Source: the human T2T-CHM13v2.0 reference genome, Homo sapiens. From it: 64,000 nucleotides of DNA. The stretch's first letter is position 1. Every line of letters begins with the position of its first letter. Location of the stretch: the NCBI RefSeq assembly GCF_009914755.1, contig NC_060929.1; one strand, 5' to 3'. Below the pieces are notes generated by a model. The model worked only from the letters and a program-made list of their open reading frames with translations. It did not search any database and was not told the DNA's origin. Shown here piece after piece: positions 12,501 through 26,220 of the stretch. A program made the position numbers and the translations under genes.

Positions 12501-14377
12501 AAAACACTGAATATTATAACACTGTAACTGTGTTGTATAAACTACTCTTATCCTAAGTAGAAAGAATTGATGATGAACAGATCAAAAATAACTATAGCAA
12601 CTTTTCAAGATATGGTACAATAAGATATAAATAGAAACAACATAAAGTTAAGAAGTTGAGGGATGAAGATAAGGCATAGATTTTTTATTAGTTTTCTTTT
12701 TTCTTGTTTGTACAAATAGTGTTAAGTTGTTATCAGGTTAAAATAATGGTTTATGAGATAATATTTGCAAGCCTCATAGTAACCTCAAACCAAAAAACAT
12801 ACAATGGAGACACAAAAAATACAAAGCAAGAAACTAAATCACATCAGAAGTGAAAATAATCTTTACTAGAGGAAGACAGGGAGGAAAGAAAGACAGAAGA
12901 GAAGACCAGAAAATAACCAGAAAACAACAAAATGGCTGGAGTAAGTTCTTAATTATCAATAATAGCATTGAATGTAAATAGACTAAACACACCAATCACA
13001 AGACATAGACTGGCTGAATGGATGCAAAGACAAGACCTATTGATTTGTTGCCTACAAGAAACACACTTCACCTATAAAGACACACATAGACTGAAAATAA
13101 AAGGATGGAAAAAGATATTCCATGCCAATGGAAACCAAAAAAGAGAAGGAGTCATTATGCCTATATCAGACAAAATAGATTTCAAGACAAAAACTATAAG
13201 AAGAGACAAAGAAGGTCACTATATAATAATAAGGGGGTCAATTCAGCAAGAGGATATAACAATTGTAAATATATATGTGCCCAACACTGGAGCACCCAGA
13301 TATAGAAAGCAAATATTATTAGAGCTAAAGAGAGACATAGGCCCCAATACAATAATAGCTGGAAACTTCTACACCCCACTTTCAGCATTGGACAGGTCTT
13401 CCAGACAGAAAATCAACAAAGAAACATTGAACTTAATCTGCACTATAAACCAAATATATCTAATAAATATTTACAGAACATTTTATCCAAATGCTGCAGA
13501 ATACACATTCTGTTCCTCAGTACATAGATAACTCTCAGAGATAGACCATACGTTATGTAACAAAACAAGTCTTCAAACATTTTTTAAAAACTGAAATAAT
13601 ATCTAGCATCTTCTCTGATTACAATGGAATAAAACTAGAAATAAATAAAAAGCAATTTTGGAAAGCATACAAATACACGGAAAATAGTATGCTCCTGAAT
13701 GCCAATGGATCAATAAAGCAATTAAGAAAATTTAAAAATTTTTTGAAACAAATGATAATGGAAATACAACATACCAAACTTATGGGATACAGCAAAAGCA
13801 GTACTCAGAGGGAAGTTTATAGCTATAAGTGCCTACGTCAAAAAAGAGGAAAAACTTCAAATGAACAATCTAATGATGCATTCTAAAGAATTAGAAAAGC
13901 AAGAGCAAACCAAACCCAAATTTAGTAGAAGAAAAGAAATAATGATTGGAGTAGATACAAACAAAATTGAAATTAAAAAAACACAAAAGAACAATGCATG
14001 AAAAAGTTGATTTTTTAAATAGTTAAACAAAATTGACCAGCCTTAAGTAAGACTAACTAAGAAAAACAGAGAGAAGATCCAAATAAATAAAATCAAAATG
14101 AAAAAAGAGACATTACAACTGCAGAAATTCAAAGGGTCATTATGGCTATTATGAGCAAATAAATGACAATAAATTGGAAAATCTAGAATAAATGAATAAA
14201 TTCCTAGACCTATACAACCTACCAAGATTGAATCATGAAGAAATCCAAAACCTGAACAGACCAATAATGAGTAAGAAGATCAAAGCTGTAATAAAAGTCT
14301 CCAGTAAACAAAAGGCCAGGACTAATAACAATCCTACTTAACAGAACTATTGACAATCCTACTCAAACTATTCCAAA

Positions 14378-14688
14378 GGCCAGACATGGTGGCTCATGCC
14401 CATAATTCCAGCACTTTGGGAGGCCGAGGTGGGCAAATCACTTGAGGTCAGGAGTTTGAAACCAGCCTGGCAAACATGGTGAAACCCCATTTCTACTAAA
14501 AATACAAAATTAGCTGGGCATGGTGGGCACCTGAAATCCCAGGAGGGCACCTGAAATCCCAGCTACTTGGGAGGCTGAGGAAGGAGAATTGCTTGAACCC
14601 AGGAAGTGGTGGTTGCAGTGCACTACAGCCTGGGTGACAGAGTGAAACTCCATCTAAAAAATTTTAAAAAATAAAAATAAATATAAAA
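14378..14688 (+). mobile_element. AluS (Sx/Sz-like) inserted in L1MA ORF2
   Basis: Dimeric Alu with A tail; TSD aaactattccaaa at 14365-14377 and 14689-14701. Confidence 0.95.
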
Positions 14689-16558
14689 AAACTATTCCAA
14701 AAAATAAAGGAGGAGGGAATACTTCCAAACTCATTCTATGGGGCCAGTATTACCCTGATATCAATACCAGACAGACATCAAAAATAAAAACTGCAGGCCA
14801 ATATCTCTGATAAGTATTGATGCAAAAATCCTCAACAAAATACTAGCAAACTGAATTGAACAGTACATAGAAAAATCATTCATCATGACTAAGTGGGATG
14901 TATCTCTGGGATGCAAGGATGGTTCAACATTCAAAAATCAATCAATGTGATACCTCATATCAACAGAATAAAGGACAAATGCCATATAAATATTTCAGTT
15001 GATGCTGAAAAACCATTTGATACAATTCAACATCCCTTTATGAGAAAAACTCTCAAAAAACTAGGGATAGAAGGGATATACCTCAACATAATAAAAACCA
15101 TATAAATCAGACCCATAACTAGTATTACACTGAATGGGGAAAAATTGAAAGCCTTTTCTATAAGATCTGGTACACAAAAGGATGCCCACTTTCACCAGTT
15201 ATCCAGCATAGTATGGGAAGTCCTAGCTAGAGAAATCAGACAAGAGAAAGATATAAAGGACTTCCAAATTGAAAAGGAAGAAGTCAAATTATCGTCGTTT
15301 GCAGATGACATGGTCTTATATTTGAAAAAAACTACAGACTCCACAAGAAAATTATTAGAAGTGATAAATAAAATTCAGTAAAGTTCCAGGACACAAAATC
15401 AACATAAAAAATCAGTAGCATTTCTATAGGCCAACAATGAACAATGTGAAAAATAAATTAAAAAGTAATCCCATTTTCAATAGCCACACATAAAATTAAA
15501 TACCTAGGAATTAACCAAAGAAGTAAAAGATCTCTATAATGAAAACTATAAATCACTGATAAAAGAAATTGAAGAGGACACCAAAAAATGGAAAAATATT
15601 CCATGTTCATGGATTGGAAGAATTAATATTGTTAAAATGTTTATAGTACCCAAAGCAATCTATAGATTCAATGTAATTCCTATTAAAATACCAATGACAT
15701 TCTTCAAATAAATAGAAAAAACAAATCTAAAGTTTTATGGAACCACTAAAAATCCAGTATAGACAAAGCTATCCTAAGTAAAAAGAACAAAACTGGAGGA
15801 ATCATATTACTTGACTTCAAATTATATTACAGAGCTATAGAAACCAAAACAGCATGGTTCTGGCATAAACACAAACATGTATGTCAATGTAACAGAATAG
15901 AGAACCCAGAAACAAATCTATATACCTATGGTGAACTTATTTTTGACAAAGCTTTAAAGAACATACATTGTGGGAAAGACAGTCTCTTCAATAAATGGTA
16001 CTGGGAAAACTAGATATCCATATGTAGAAGAATTAAGCTTGAGCCCTATCTATCACCATATACAAAAATAAAATTAAGATATATTAAAGACTTAAATTTA
16101 AGACTTCAAACTATGAAACCACTACAAAAAAAATTGGAAAAAAATCTCAGGACATTGGTCTGGGAAAAAATATCTTGAGCAAACCCCACAAGCACAGGCA
16201 ACCAAAGCAAAAATGAACAAATGGGATCACATCAAGTTAAAAATAGTCTGCACAGCAAAAGAAATAATCAACAAAGTGAAGAGAAAACCCACAGTATGGG
16301 AGAAAATATTTGCAAATTATCCATCTGAAAAGGGATTAATAATCAGAATATATAAGGAGCTCAAACCACTCTATAGGAAAAAAACCTAATAATCTGATCA
16401 AAAATAGGCAAAAGATCTAAACAGACATTTTTCAAAAGACATACGAATGGCAAACAGGCATTTTAAAAGGTGCCAACATCATTGACCATCAGAGAAATGC
16501 AAATCAAAACTGCAATGAGATATAATTTCACCCCAATTAAAAGGGCTTATATCCAAGA

Positions 16559-17083
16559 TGTGGCAGGCCAGGTTTCCATTAGCAACCAGAACAGTCAATT
16601 TCCACTAACCCTTTACTATAATGCTGGTGAATGTACAAATTAAACATTAAAGAACTGGAGAAATTGATACCTGAGTAAAAGGGCTGGAATGTGAAAACAA
16701 ACTCATTACAACTCAGCCTGGGTTTTCTCAGACCCTAAAGTCTGATCAAATAATAAAACTTTCTTACACATACACTTCATACCAGGGCCCACTTAAGATT
16801 AAGAAACTTTCCAAGACTCTGGAGAAAGCTTTCCAGATCCTAGACCCTAGTTAAAGATTAGATATAGATTGCATGAGACACTCCCACTTGTAGGTACACT
16901 CCCAGACGTAGGCATAGAGCTTAGAATATATATAAGCTCTGAAGAAAAATTTATAACTTTGAGTTGGTCTGGTAAGTTACTCCAACCTTCTCCCTATAAC
17001 TAGTTGCAGAAATAAACTCCCTTCTTTCCCAGTCTGCTTGGACCATGAGAACAAGCAGCTGGACCTCATTCTGTCCAGGTACA
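16559..17083 (+). mobile_element. Solo ERV LTR (LTR47-like, probably ERVL class) inserted in L1MA ORF2
   Basis: TG...CA termini (tgtggcaggccagg...ggtaca), TATA-like tatatataa at ~16928, aataaa at ~17011, flanks caaga/aaaga; the L1 resumes on both sides. Family name tentative. Confidence 0.8.
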
Positions 17084-18839
17084 AAAGATAGGCAATAACA
17101 AATTCTGGCGGAATGTAAGAAAAGGAAACCCTTGTACACTGTTGGTGGGAATGCAAATTAGTACAGCCACTATGGAGAACAGTTTGGAGGTTCCTCAAAA
17201 AACTAAAAATTGAGCTACCATATGACACATTAATCCCATTGCTGGGTATACCCAAAAGAAAGGAAATTAGTATATCAAAAAGATATCTGCACTCCAACGT
17301 TTATTGCAGCACTGTTCATAATAGCTAAGACTTGGAAGCAACCTAAATGCCCATCAACAGATGAATGAATAAAGAAAATGTGGTCCATATACATAATGGA
17401 GTACTATTCAATCATAAAATAGAATGATATCCAGTCATTTGCAAGCAACATGGGTGGACCTGGAGATCATTATTTATTATGTTAAGTGAAATAAGCCAGG
17501 CACAGAAAGACAAACATTCACGTTCTCACTTATTTGTGGGATCTAAATATCAAAACAATTGAACTCATGGACATAAAGAATAGAAGGATGGCTACCAGAA
17601 GCTGGGAAGGATAGTGGGGTTGGGCAGGGAAGTGGGGTTTGTTAACGGGTACCAAAAAAATAGAAAGAATGAGTAAGACCTACTATTTGATAGCAAAATA
17701 GAGCGACTATAGTCAATAATAACTCAATTGTACATTTTAAAATAACTTTAAGGGTATAATCAGATCATTTCTAACTCAAAGGATAAATGCTTGAGGGGAT
17801 GGATACTTTATTCCCCATTATGTGCTATTTTGCATTGCATGCCTGTATCAAAACATCTCATGTACCCCATAAACATACACACCTACTATGTACCCAGAAA
17901 AATTAGAAATAAAAAATAGAAAAGTCTCTTGCTTTTCAAAGAAAGGGCAGGGAATTTTGGAATACAGGAGTATACCTGCATTTTATTTAAAAAACTCTCA
18001 AAATTCAGAGATACTCACCTGGAGGTCTCAAGTAGTTCAGTGAGTTCAATGTATGCAAATTGGAAAGAGAGATAAAGGATCAATCCCCTTTGGGAATTAA
18101 GAAAGACTTGCTGAGCTCTGGCTAAGACTAGAGCAGATTTATAAAAGGCACAGCCCTGCCCTACTGCTTGACTGAATGATGGGAGGCAAAAGACAATGAC
18201 TGTGTCCTTCCCGACATGATGCCTGTGACATAGTCAGCACTCCTCTGTTGAGGAAAAGAAATGAGGCAGAGCGGAAACCCCTAAAAAGAAGATAAACCTA
18301 GAGAGACGATAAAACTTAAAACCACTTATGGAGTAACCCATCATCCAGTACAGGACTGGCATAGGCTATTTCAGCCATCCTGAGGCACCTGAGCCAACTT
18401 CAAAGGCAGGAGAGAGCAGTGGGTAATCCCTGTCTGTTGAAAGCCAACCTAGACTCAAGCCTGGAATAGCTTTCACTGCAGATCCTTGCTTCCCTATCAA
18501 TATATGGCCTGACAGTGTCTCTTTTAGGCTCTGGGGAAGAGTTCTGACAAGCTTTTATCATGCATGAATTTATTGTCTTTCTCCTGAAAAGAAATATTTT
18601 CCTGACAAGTTAAAAATCTCTCTCTGCAATAAAAATGCCTTCAGCCTTTCTGAGCCATCACTGTATTTAAAGATTATCTTCTGGAAAGATGCCAAATTGA
18701 AGTCTTACAGACATTTGCCAGGCCATCATCTGCCCATCACCCAGAAGCTGCAGTTATTACTTAACATTTCAAGTGGTATATAAGTGTAACCTTTGGCAAC
18801 CAGAGAGGATTCTCAGTTTCTCTTGTCCTGGGTTCCTGG

Positions 18840-19744
18840 TGATAGCAGCAGGAGGCAGACAAACCCTAGGCAGACAGGGGAGCATCCTCAGTGAAACACA
18901 ACCTTCAAACTAAAGACAAGTTAAAGCCTGAAAATTGAGCTACAAGTCTTGGATAAATCTACAGACCAGATTGAGAACCGCTCTTCCTGATCAGCGTGCT
19001 TTCTTCTGATTGAGCCCTACCCTTCACCTATTTTACATATACCTACCCTTCCCTAATTGTTTTTTTACACTGTCATGCCCATCTTTGAGTGGTTCCTTTT
19101 TTATGCTTTTTGTATACTCACAAACCAATCAGCACACAGTCCCCCATTCTGAGCCCATAAAACCCCCGGACTCAGCCACACTTGGGAGAGCTACCCAACT
19201 TTGGGTACGAGACTATCCCCTTCAAGTCCCCTTTCCACTGAAAACTGTTCTGTCACTCAGTAAAACTCTCTGCCCTGCTCAACCTCCAGTTGTCAGCATA
19301 ACCTCATTCTTCTTGGACATGGTACAAGAGCTCAGAACCCATTGAACACAGGTACGAAAAAGGCTGTTACACTGTAGCCCTCTGCATTCCGCTGGCACCT
19401 GGCAGACACCCCATGCAACAGGACCCCACTCACCAAGGTGCAGGCAGCGGGAACAACACCCCCTTTGGAGTTCCGGGTTTCCTGACGTCTTCAAGTTTTT
19501 TGGGTGCTACTGCATTCCCCTCATCCAGATTCCAGTGTCCAAGATGGAAGCCGGCTGTGGCATGCCCACTCCAGCCACAGGCTGGAGCACAAGTCAAGTG
19601 CAGCCCACCAGGCCAAGTGGGCGGGATACCTCCAGCAGTGATCTCAGAGCTGAGTAAGGCTCTGGACAGCTGAAAGCCCTGGACCATGAGGCCCTGGACA
19701 GTGTGGTCCAGCTGGCAAAGCAGCACTGAAAAATTTCTGCATTA
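18840..19744 (+). mobile_element. Solo ERV1 LTR, MER50/LTR27-like
   Basis: Starts tgatagcagcaggaggcagacaaa..ctaggcaga; cccataaaa TATA-like site; 4-bp TSD ctgg at 18836-18839 and 19745-19748. Confidence 0.85.
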
Positions 19745-20703
19745 CTGGTCTGATAATGAACAGCTCTAGAAGAGAAATCCCAGAGGAGAGAAGGGTCTTA
19801 TGCATGCGTCTATGTGTTTATCTATGTGTTTGTGTGTTTACACCCAAATCTTCTCCTCTACCCCATGTTTTCAGAAGACAGTGGCAGTTATAGTATGAAG
19901 TCTGCACAGTTATATTACCAGGTACTGGAACTGGTCTAGAGGGATATGAATGATGAAGACTCCAGAGGAGGAACAGATAAGAAACAAAAGGAGCAGGAGC
20001 AGACAAGCAACATATAATCTGCTTTCTGGAGATAATGAACTTCAAAGACAGTAGAAAGTGAATATCATGAAAAACAAACAAATCTCACAAAAAAGAAACC
20101 AAAGAGATATAAAAACTAAATACAATGAGCAATTTTTAAGTGGACCCTGGAATAAAAGAATAATTTTTAAGCTTGGGGGACAATTGGTGAAATTTGCATT
20201 TTTGATAGCATTCCATAATACTATTAATCAAAAAAGATTTTAGATTCTAATTCAATGTAACTGTTTATATAGAAAAAAAAATGGGAAAATGCTTTTGGAA
20301 TTCTTAGGTTTAGTTTCTGTTTTGCTCCTAGAAATCACTTTTCAGAGCACCTGTGGGCCTGTCATGCTCACTCAACCCACCCAAAACATAGTTCGCTGGA
20401 GCTCTCACCTGTTGAGGTAAAGTGTGGGAAGTGGAATGTAGATTAGCCAAATTGAGAGTGGGGAATAAAGGTTAGAAAGAGGAAGAGCTGAATGACTAGA
20501 TGTACAATAAAAATTAACAAGACAAGCCCAAGAAATAACACAATGATTTGGTTCCCATACAAGGAAACATGGTCCCTGAACAAGCCATGGGGTGTGTTTT
20601 TAGAGCTGGCTGAATCTGTAAGTAGTGACTATAACACATCAAGTTACAAAAAACCTAAATCTACTCTTTGTAGTCATAAGAGAGAGAAGTGGAGGGTGTT
20701 TTT

Positions 20704-21049
20704 CTGTTTTTTTTTTGTTTGTTTGTTTGTTTTTTGGAGTTTTTTTGGTTTTGTTTTGTTTTGTTTTTGAGACGGAGTCTCCCCGTGTCGCCCAGGCTGG
20801 AGGGCAGCGGCACAATCTCAGCTCACTGCAACCTCTGCTTCCCAGATTCAAGTGATTCTCCTGCCTCAGCCTCCTGAGTAGCTGGGACTACAGGCTCATG
20901 CCACCATACCTGGCTAATTTTTTGTATTTTTAGTAGAAACAGGGTTTCACTGTGTTAGCCAGGATAGTCTTGAGCTCCTGAATTCATGATCCACCCGCCT
21001 CAGCCTTTCAAAGTGCTGGGATTACAAGCGTGAGCCACTTTGCCCGGCC
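20704..21049 (-). mobile_element. AluSc-like with a compound (GTTT/GTTTT)n tail
   Basis: TSD tggagggtgttttt at 20690-20703 and 21051-21064; gttagccaggat diagnostic. Confidence 0.95.
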
Positions 21050-21942
21050 ATGGAGGGTGTTTTTTAAAGGAAAAAAAAAAATAAGTATTGATCTAAAGGA
21101 CTACTCCATACCCCACCCAGCTCTGACTGACCAGGTTGGCCCTGGCTGCAACGAGCCTACAGGTGAAAAGATTGGGCACATTTGTGGGGAGAGGAGGAAA
21201 GTGAGAGCAGGGAACCCAGTGAGACCCGAAACATTGGAGCGGCAGCATCTTTCTTCCCTGTCCATCATTCTCTGATACTTTCATCCCAACATTTAATAAA
21301 TGTTCTGGATGATTTTCAGGCAGAGGCAAAGAGAAAGAGGGGGAGCTTTGTCTCCTTTTCTTTCTCAACTATATGCTTTTAAATGTATATGAGGGAAACT
21401 CTTCCCAAAAATGAATCATTGAACAAAAACAGATAAAAGCTCTACAATAAATCTCATCAGGGGAGATCCCAATACTTGAGAGCAGCAAAATTGAAACATT
21501 TCCTATAGAGTTTTATAGCACTAATTACCACAGTATTAATGTTGCACACATAAACATCATTAAAATCAGCAGGAGGGAAGCTTCTTCATGAGCCAGTAAG
21601 GAGAGATCAGCAGCAAATATTTAATTTTCCACTGAGGTTGGTATTAAAGGCAGACTTAATTTGTGCCAGAAGGAGACTTTACCAAGAGCAAGACCATACT
21701 AGCCAGGAAAGTGACTGTCTTAAATGCTGGATTCTATCCAATGACTATTAATTGGCACCTCTACTATTTTCCAGGCATATGCTTGGTGCTGAGACACAGC
21801 CTTTGTCCTCTAGAGCTTCCGCTATTTGTCTGAGTTCATCATCACAAAGTTTCTTTATCATCCCTAAGTATGCTCCTGGCTGGAAAATAATTTGAGCAAA
21901 TGAACTTTTTTGAGTAGTGTCGATTAGGGTTCTGTGGTTTTA

Positions 21943-21986
21943 GACAGACACACACACAGACACACACACAAACACACACATACACA
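21943..21986. repeat. Imperfect (CA)n
   Basis: Direct read. Confidence 0.85.
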
Positions 21987-22436
21987 AAATCACTTTTAAT
22001 CAGAGGAACTCTTTTTTCAAACAAAATATACATATAAACCAGCCTCTTCAATATTTTTGCAAGATATATAAGTTTGCTTTGAACCCCTGAATTCCCCACT
22101 CTGTGGCAGTGCAAAGATATCTGTGACTTCTTGGGACTGGGTGGGGTATGGTATACTTTGCTTGGAGACAGACACCTCCGGCATACATGCTGCTTATGTT
22201 CTGTGTTGTGCTGATGTGAAAACATTCCTCTCATGATTTTCAGCACTCACCATACTCACACAAATCATTTGGGGTTAAATTTTCTCAAATTATTGAGGGA
22301 ACATAAAAGTTGGCTTCAAAAATTATTCCTTCTAGAAAGTTCTTTCTTCTGCCCCTCCACAGGGAACTTTCCACTATTCTTTCACCACAACAGTCTCCTA
22401 CCTCATACTATTTTGCTGGCACCTTTCTTTACCCCC

Positions 22437-23000
22437 TATGCTAGTTCATTTTATGTGTCAACTTGACCAGGCCACGGAGCGCCCAGATATTTGGTTAAAC
22501 ATTATTCTGGGTATGTCTCTCAAGAGGGTATTTCCAGATGAGATTAACATTTTAATTGCCAGGCTGAGAAAAGTAGGTTGCTCTCCCTAATGTGGGTGGG
22601 CCTCACTCAATCCACTGGGGACCTGAATGTGACAGAAATTTGAGTAAAAGAAAATTTTCTCTCTCTCTGCCTAATGTTCTTCAAACTGGAACACTGATCT
22701 TCTCCTGCCTTTTGACTCAGACTGGAACTTATACCATCAGTTGTGTTTCTAAGTCGTCTGAAATGCAGATCTTGGGACTCAAACAAATGAACCAATTTCT
22801 TATAATAAATACATATATATATCCTAGATAGATATATATATATATAGGTATTTTATGCCTATATATAGATTTATAAATCTATATATAAATTTATATATAT
22901 ATAGGATATATATATCTAGGATATATATATATATCTAGAGAGAGAGAGAGAGATAAATAGATATCCTATTGGTTATGTTTCTTTGGAGAAGCCTAATAGA
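22437..23000 (+). mobile_element. Solo MLT2 (ERVL) LTR with an internal TA-rich expansion
   Basis: ttttatgtgtcaacttgaccaggcc...gagattaacatt; ends cctattgg..gtttctttggagaa..ctaataga; accccc on both flanks. Confidence 0.85.
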
Positions 23001-23854
23001 ACCCCCACTCTTTTCTCTTCTTTCTTTTTTCTCCCCTGCTTTTTAGAACAAAATAATAATAAACAAAAATTGTTTACTTTCTCATGCAAAGCAGTTTAAC
23101 CATCTAGTATTGTTGTTCAGGCTCTGCCATCCCTAACTTTCTGTCTCTGTGGAATATATCAAGGTGTTTTCCCAACATAGGCAGCTTCTTTATACTTCCT
23201 TCTCTAAGAGGAATTCCACTGTAATCTGTTGAGAATACCATCTTCATCATAGTACATATGGAAAGATAAACAGTGAGGTATTCTCCTTGGTGGAAATATG
23301 GTGGACCTGGAGCCTGCCTACTTTCTCCAGCTCTAGTCCTACCCACAAATCATCCTACCTCTAACTGCTGAGACAACTCAGGAAACCCGGGAGTCCTGGG
23401 TAGACCATCAAATTAGGCATCTGTCTGTCAGCCGGTAGAGAGCAGGTTCCTAAAAGATTGAGGCACAGAAGTAAAAACTAAACAAAGTTCTAGAAAAGAA
23501 TAGGTTGCTGTAAAGTGAGGTAAGGATGAGGCTGCTGGAGAAAAATGTGGGAGCAAAAAAAACCTCAAGTGCACCCTAGATGGAGTATGAAAATGGAAAG
23601 GGGATTCCAGCATTGGCCTGCTGCTGGTCCCCAGGCCAAGTGCCGTACAGAGAAAGTAAATAAGTCTTGATCTTTTTTTAGCCTGTACCATTCCCACTGT
23701 GAAACCAAATAGTACTGTCAATAGAGGACTTATGGCAAAGCAATTCAGGCTATAATGCAAGATGTATCTATAGGTAGTAGAAAACATAGTTGGTGAAATA
23801 TGCATAAGGTATTTCAGTAATATTTACATTTTATACATTCTATTTTATAATTTA

Positions 23855-23997
<143 letters not shown>

Positions 23998-24279
23998 ATT
24001 GTTATCAATGTTTTTAAAAAATAATGAGGATACAAATGGAATAAAATAATATGTTGAAAGGGGCCAGAGGGTCTTAGATTCATTGGAGAAGTTTTGGAGG
24101 TTTTTGGTTTTGTGTTTGCATTTTTCTTCTAGAGTTTCTTATAAACTATCATAAGCCTCCTTAATGGATCTCCCTCCTCCTCAGAGCTCATTTGAGTCTG
24201 ACCTGAAAACTTCATTATTATACTCAGAAAGACTATTACACATTCAAAGCTTAACTTATTCTACAAACATCTATAGGCA

Positions 24280-24505
24280 GCAGAGACAACATAGTGTAAT
24301 GGCTAGGAGAATAGATTTTGGAACCAAACTGCTCGGGTTTAATTTTAAGCTCTACCACTTACAAGCCGTGTGATCTTGGACAAGTTACTTAATCTCTCTG
24401 TGCCTTAGTAAAATAAAGGTAATAATAATACCTACCTCCAATAATTATATTGATGATTTAGTGAGCTCATCTTTGTAAAGTGCTGAGATAGTGTCTGGCT
24501 CACAC
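24280..24505 (+). mobile_element. MIR (near full-length), apparently inside an L2 fragment
   Basis: catagtgtaatggctaggag...gtgtgatcttggacaagttacttaatctctctgtgcct...gtaaagtgctgaga. Confidence 0.85.
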
Positions 24506-26059
24506 AAAATGGAATTTTAGTGTTTATGTGTCAGGCATTATGTTGGCTGGTGAACAGATGGTAGTTGTTTTCATGGAGCTGACATTCTAATGGCTTCCAA
24601 TGGTCTGCAAATAACTAACTACAGGAAGAGTTTGTTTTCCCAGGACAATTGTTACCTGGAAAGAGTCCTCCAAACGGAGGAAACAAAAATTCATAGAATA
24701 AATACAGTCAAAAAAAAGTTTTGGCCTGGATTTGATCTTTAAAAAAGGAAACTCAGAGTCATGATAAAATGTTATTTTATCTCATGTTTAACAAAATGTA
24801 GGTTATGATTGCAACAAAGGATAAATTTTGTGTTGGATTTTTATGGGAAATTTTTTTTCTACAAAATGTGTAGTATGGCAACCTTCATATCCCATTTGAA
24901 TTTTTATAACATTTTTGCAAAGATGATCTCATTTGTAAGAATGTTGGCCAGCTTCACCAATTTTTTAATGCCTGGGTATACAAATTATTCTCCTTTGATG
25001 CTCTTGTCATCATCCTTGTTAATTTTCTCTTGGCTTTCATCTTATGAATAGTTTCGTGTTTATTTCAGCGTTTATCTGGACTTCATGATTTCCTATATTT
25101 TGGGGTTCATGAAATTTCACAGCAGTTCATTAACATCATATCTAAATTATATTATGGAATGTTTATAGCAACCAACAACCAGAGGGGAAATGTCAAAGAT
25201 ATTATGGTGATAGGTAGATATTATTTATGATAAATGAAGAGAAGTTTTAGAAGAGTTGGGGTTAATATTATAAACTGTCAGCTAATTATTGACTCTATTC
25301 ATGTTTTATAATTTTTGTTTCCCCTTATAGACTCATGACTTCAGAGACTAAGATGATTAATAATCATGCTTTTCATATTAATAAAGGCAGACAAAATAAG
25401 TATAATAATCAAAGTATGTACCAAGTTCTATAGGAGTAAGCAATAAAAAGCCATTTGTTCTACCTGGAAGAATTGAGCCTATTTTATGAGGAAGCCAGTG
25501 TCCATGAGCTAAAAATGACAAATTGAGTAGTATTTCAACAAAACACGAGCATTCTCAAATTAATAAAGGCAGAAGAGGTCATGTTATTTTTAGAAAATCA
25601 TAAACAATCTGCATAGGAATTGTTTAGAGGGCTGTAAATGTGGATTTGGGATGGAGGTAATGGAATAAGAAATGGCATGAACGAATGAAGAAAATAACTA
25701 TGGTTGCAGTGTAAAGATTGCATTAAAAAGATAGATGATTAGAGGCAAGGAATCATATTAGAAAGTTATTTAAATAATCCCATCATGCCTGAACCATGGC
25801 TTCCCTAAGAACCCTGTCCTTTATTTTTTGTTCTTTGCCTCTCTCTCCCTTACTCTATCCCTTTTCCTTAATTTCCTCCCTACTCCCATTGTTCCACCTT
25901 ACTTCTATATATAACTCTATGCCTTTTAATCCTAAATGTCCAGTAGGTTCACATGACCCAGGGAATAGTAGAAAAGAAGGAACAAAGGTCATTCAGGTCT
26001 GCTGAGCCACCATTTGAAGGGAGGAGGAAGCAAGGCTTTCAGTGGGCTTCCACATTCCA

Positions 26060-26220
26060 AGCTCTAAGCTAGCACTTTACATATCTTATTTCAATTAATC
26101 TTAACATGCCTATGAGTTAGAAACTCCTGACCTCACTTTTTAAACTGAGGCTTTGTTGGTGAGACATGAATTTACTTCCAGGTCTACTTGCACTGAATCT
26201 ATGCATCTGTACCACACTTG
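26060..26220 (-). mobile_element. MIR fragment
   Basis: agcactttacatatcttatttcaattaatc...aactgaggc. Confidence 0.5.

Larger units (their letters stand above)
12930..17545 (+). pseudogene. Disrupted L1MA ORF2 (endonuclease/reverse transcriptase)
   Basis: Fragmentary ORFs 12968-13531, 14893-15105 (GMQGWFNI) and 15145-15381 (FADD); many stops and frameshifts plus two insertions. Confidence 0.88.
9471..17920 (+). mobile_element. Full-length, decayed L1MA1/L1MA2-type LINE-1 (about 2-kb 5'UTR, ORF1, ORF2, 3'UTR) with a nested Alu and solo LTR
   Basis: 5' ggagatggagcaagat; ORF1-like DNA ~11450-12440; endonuclease ORF 12968-13531 (NVNRLN, CLQETH, NIYVPN); RT SFADD at ~15300; L1MA2-type 3' end aaggataaatgcttgaggggatggatac...ctactatgtaccc plus A tail. 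Confidence 0.92.

Noticed and set aside
9450-17935. TSD for the full-length L1MA
   Set aside because: Best candidate aaacctcaagat/aagtctcttgct matches only 7 of 12 positions.
17950-18830. Unassigned, moderately GC-richer stretch as an exon or LTR
   Set aside because: No termini, splice pattern or family motif I can support.
20492-20877. Hydrophobic Phe/Val-rich ORFs resembling membrane peptides (also 46385-46744, 47354-47721)
   Set aside because: Translations of antisense Alu poly-T tails and Alu bodies.
21842-22246. 134-aa ORF with a CVCVCV repeat
   Set aside because: The repeat is a translated (TG)n microsatellite; the rest is unrecognisable.
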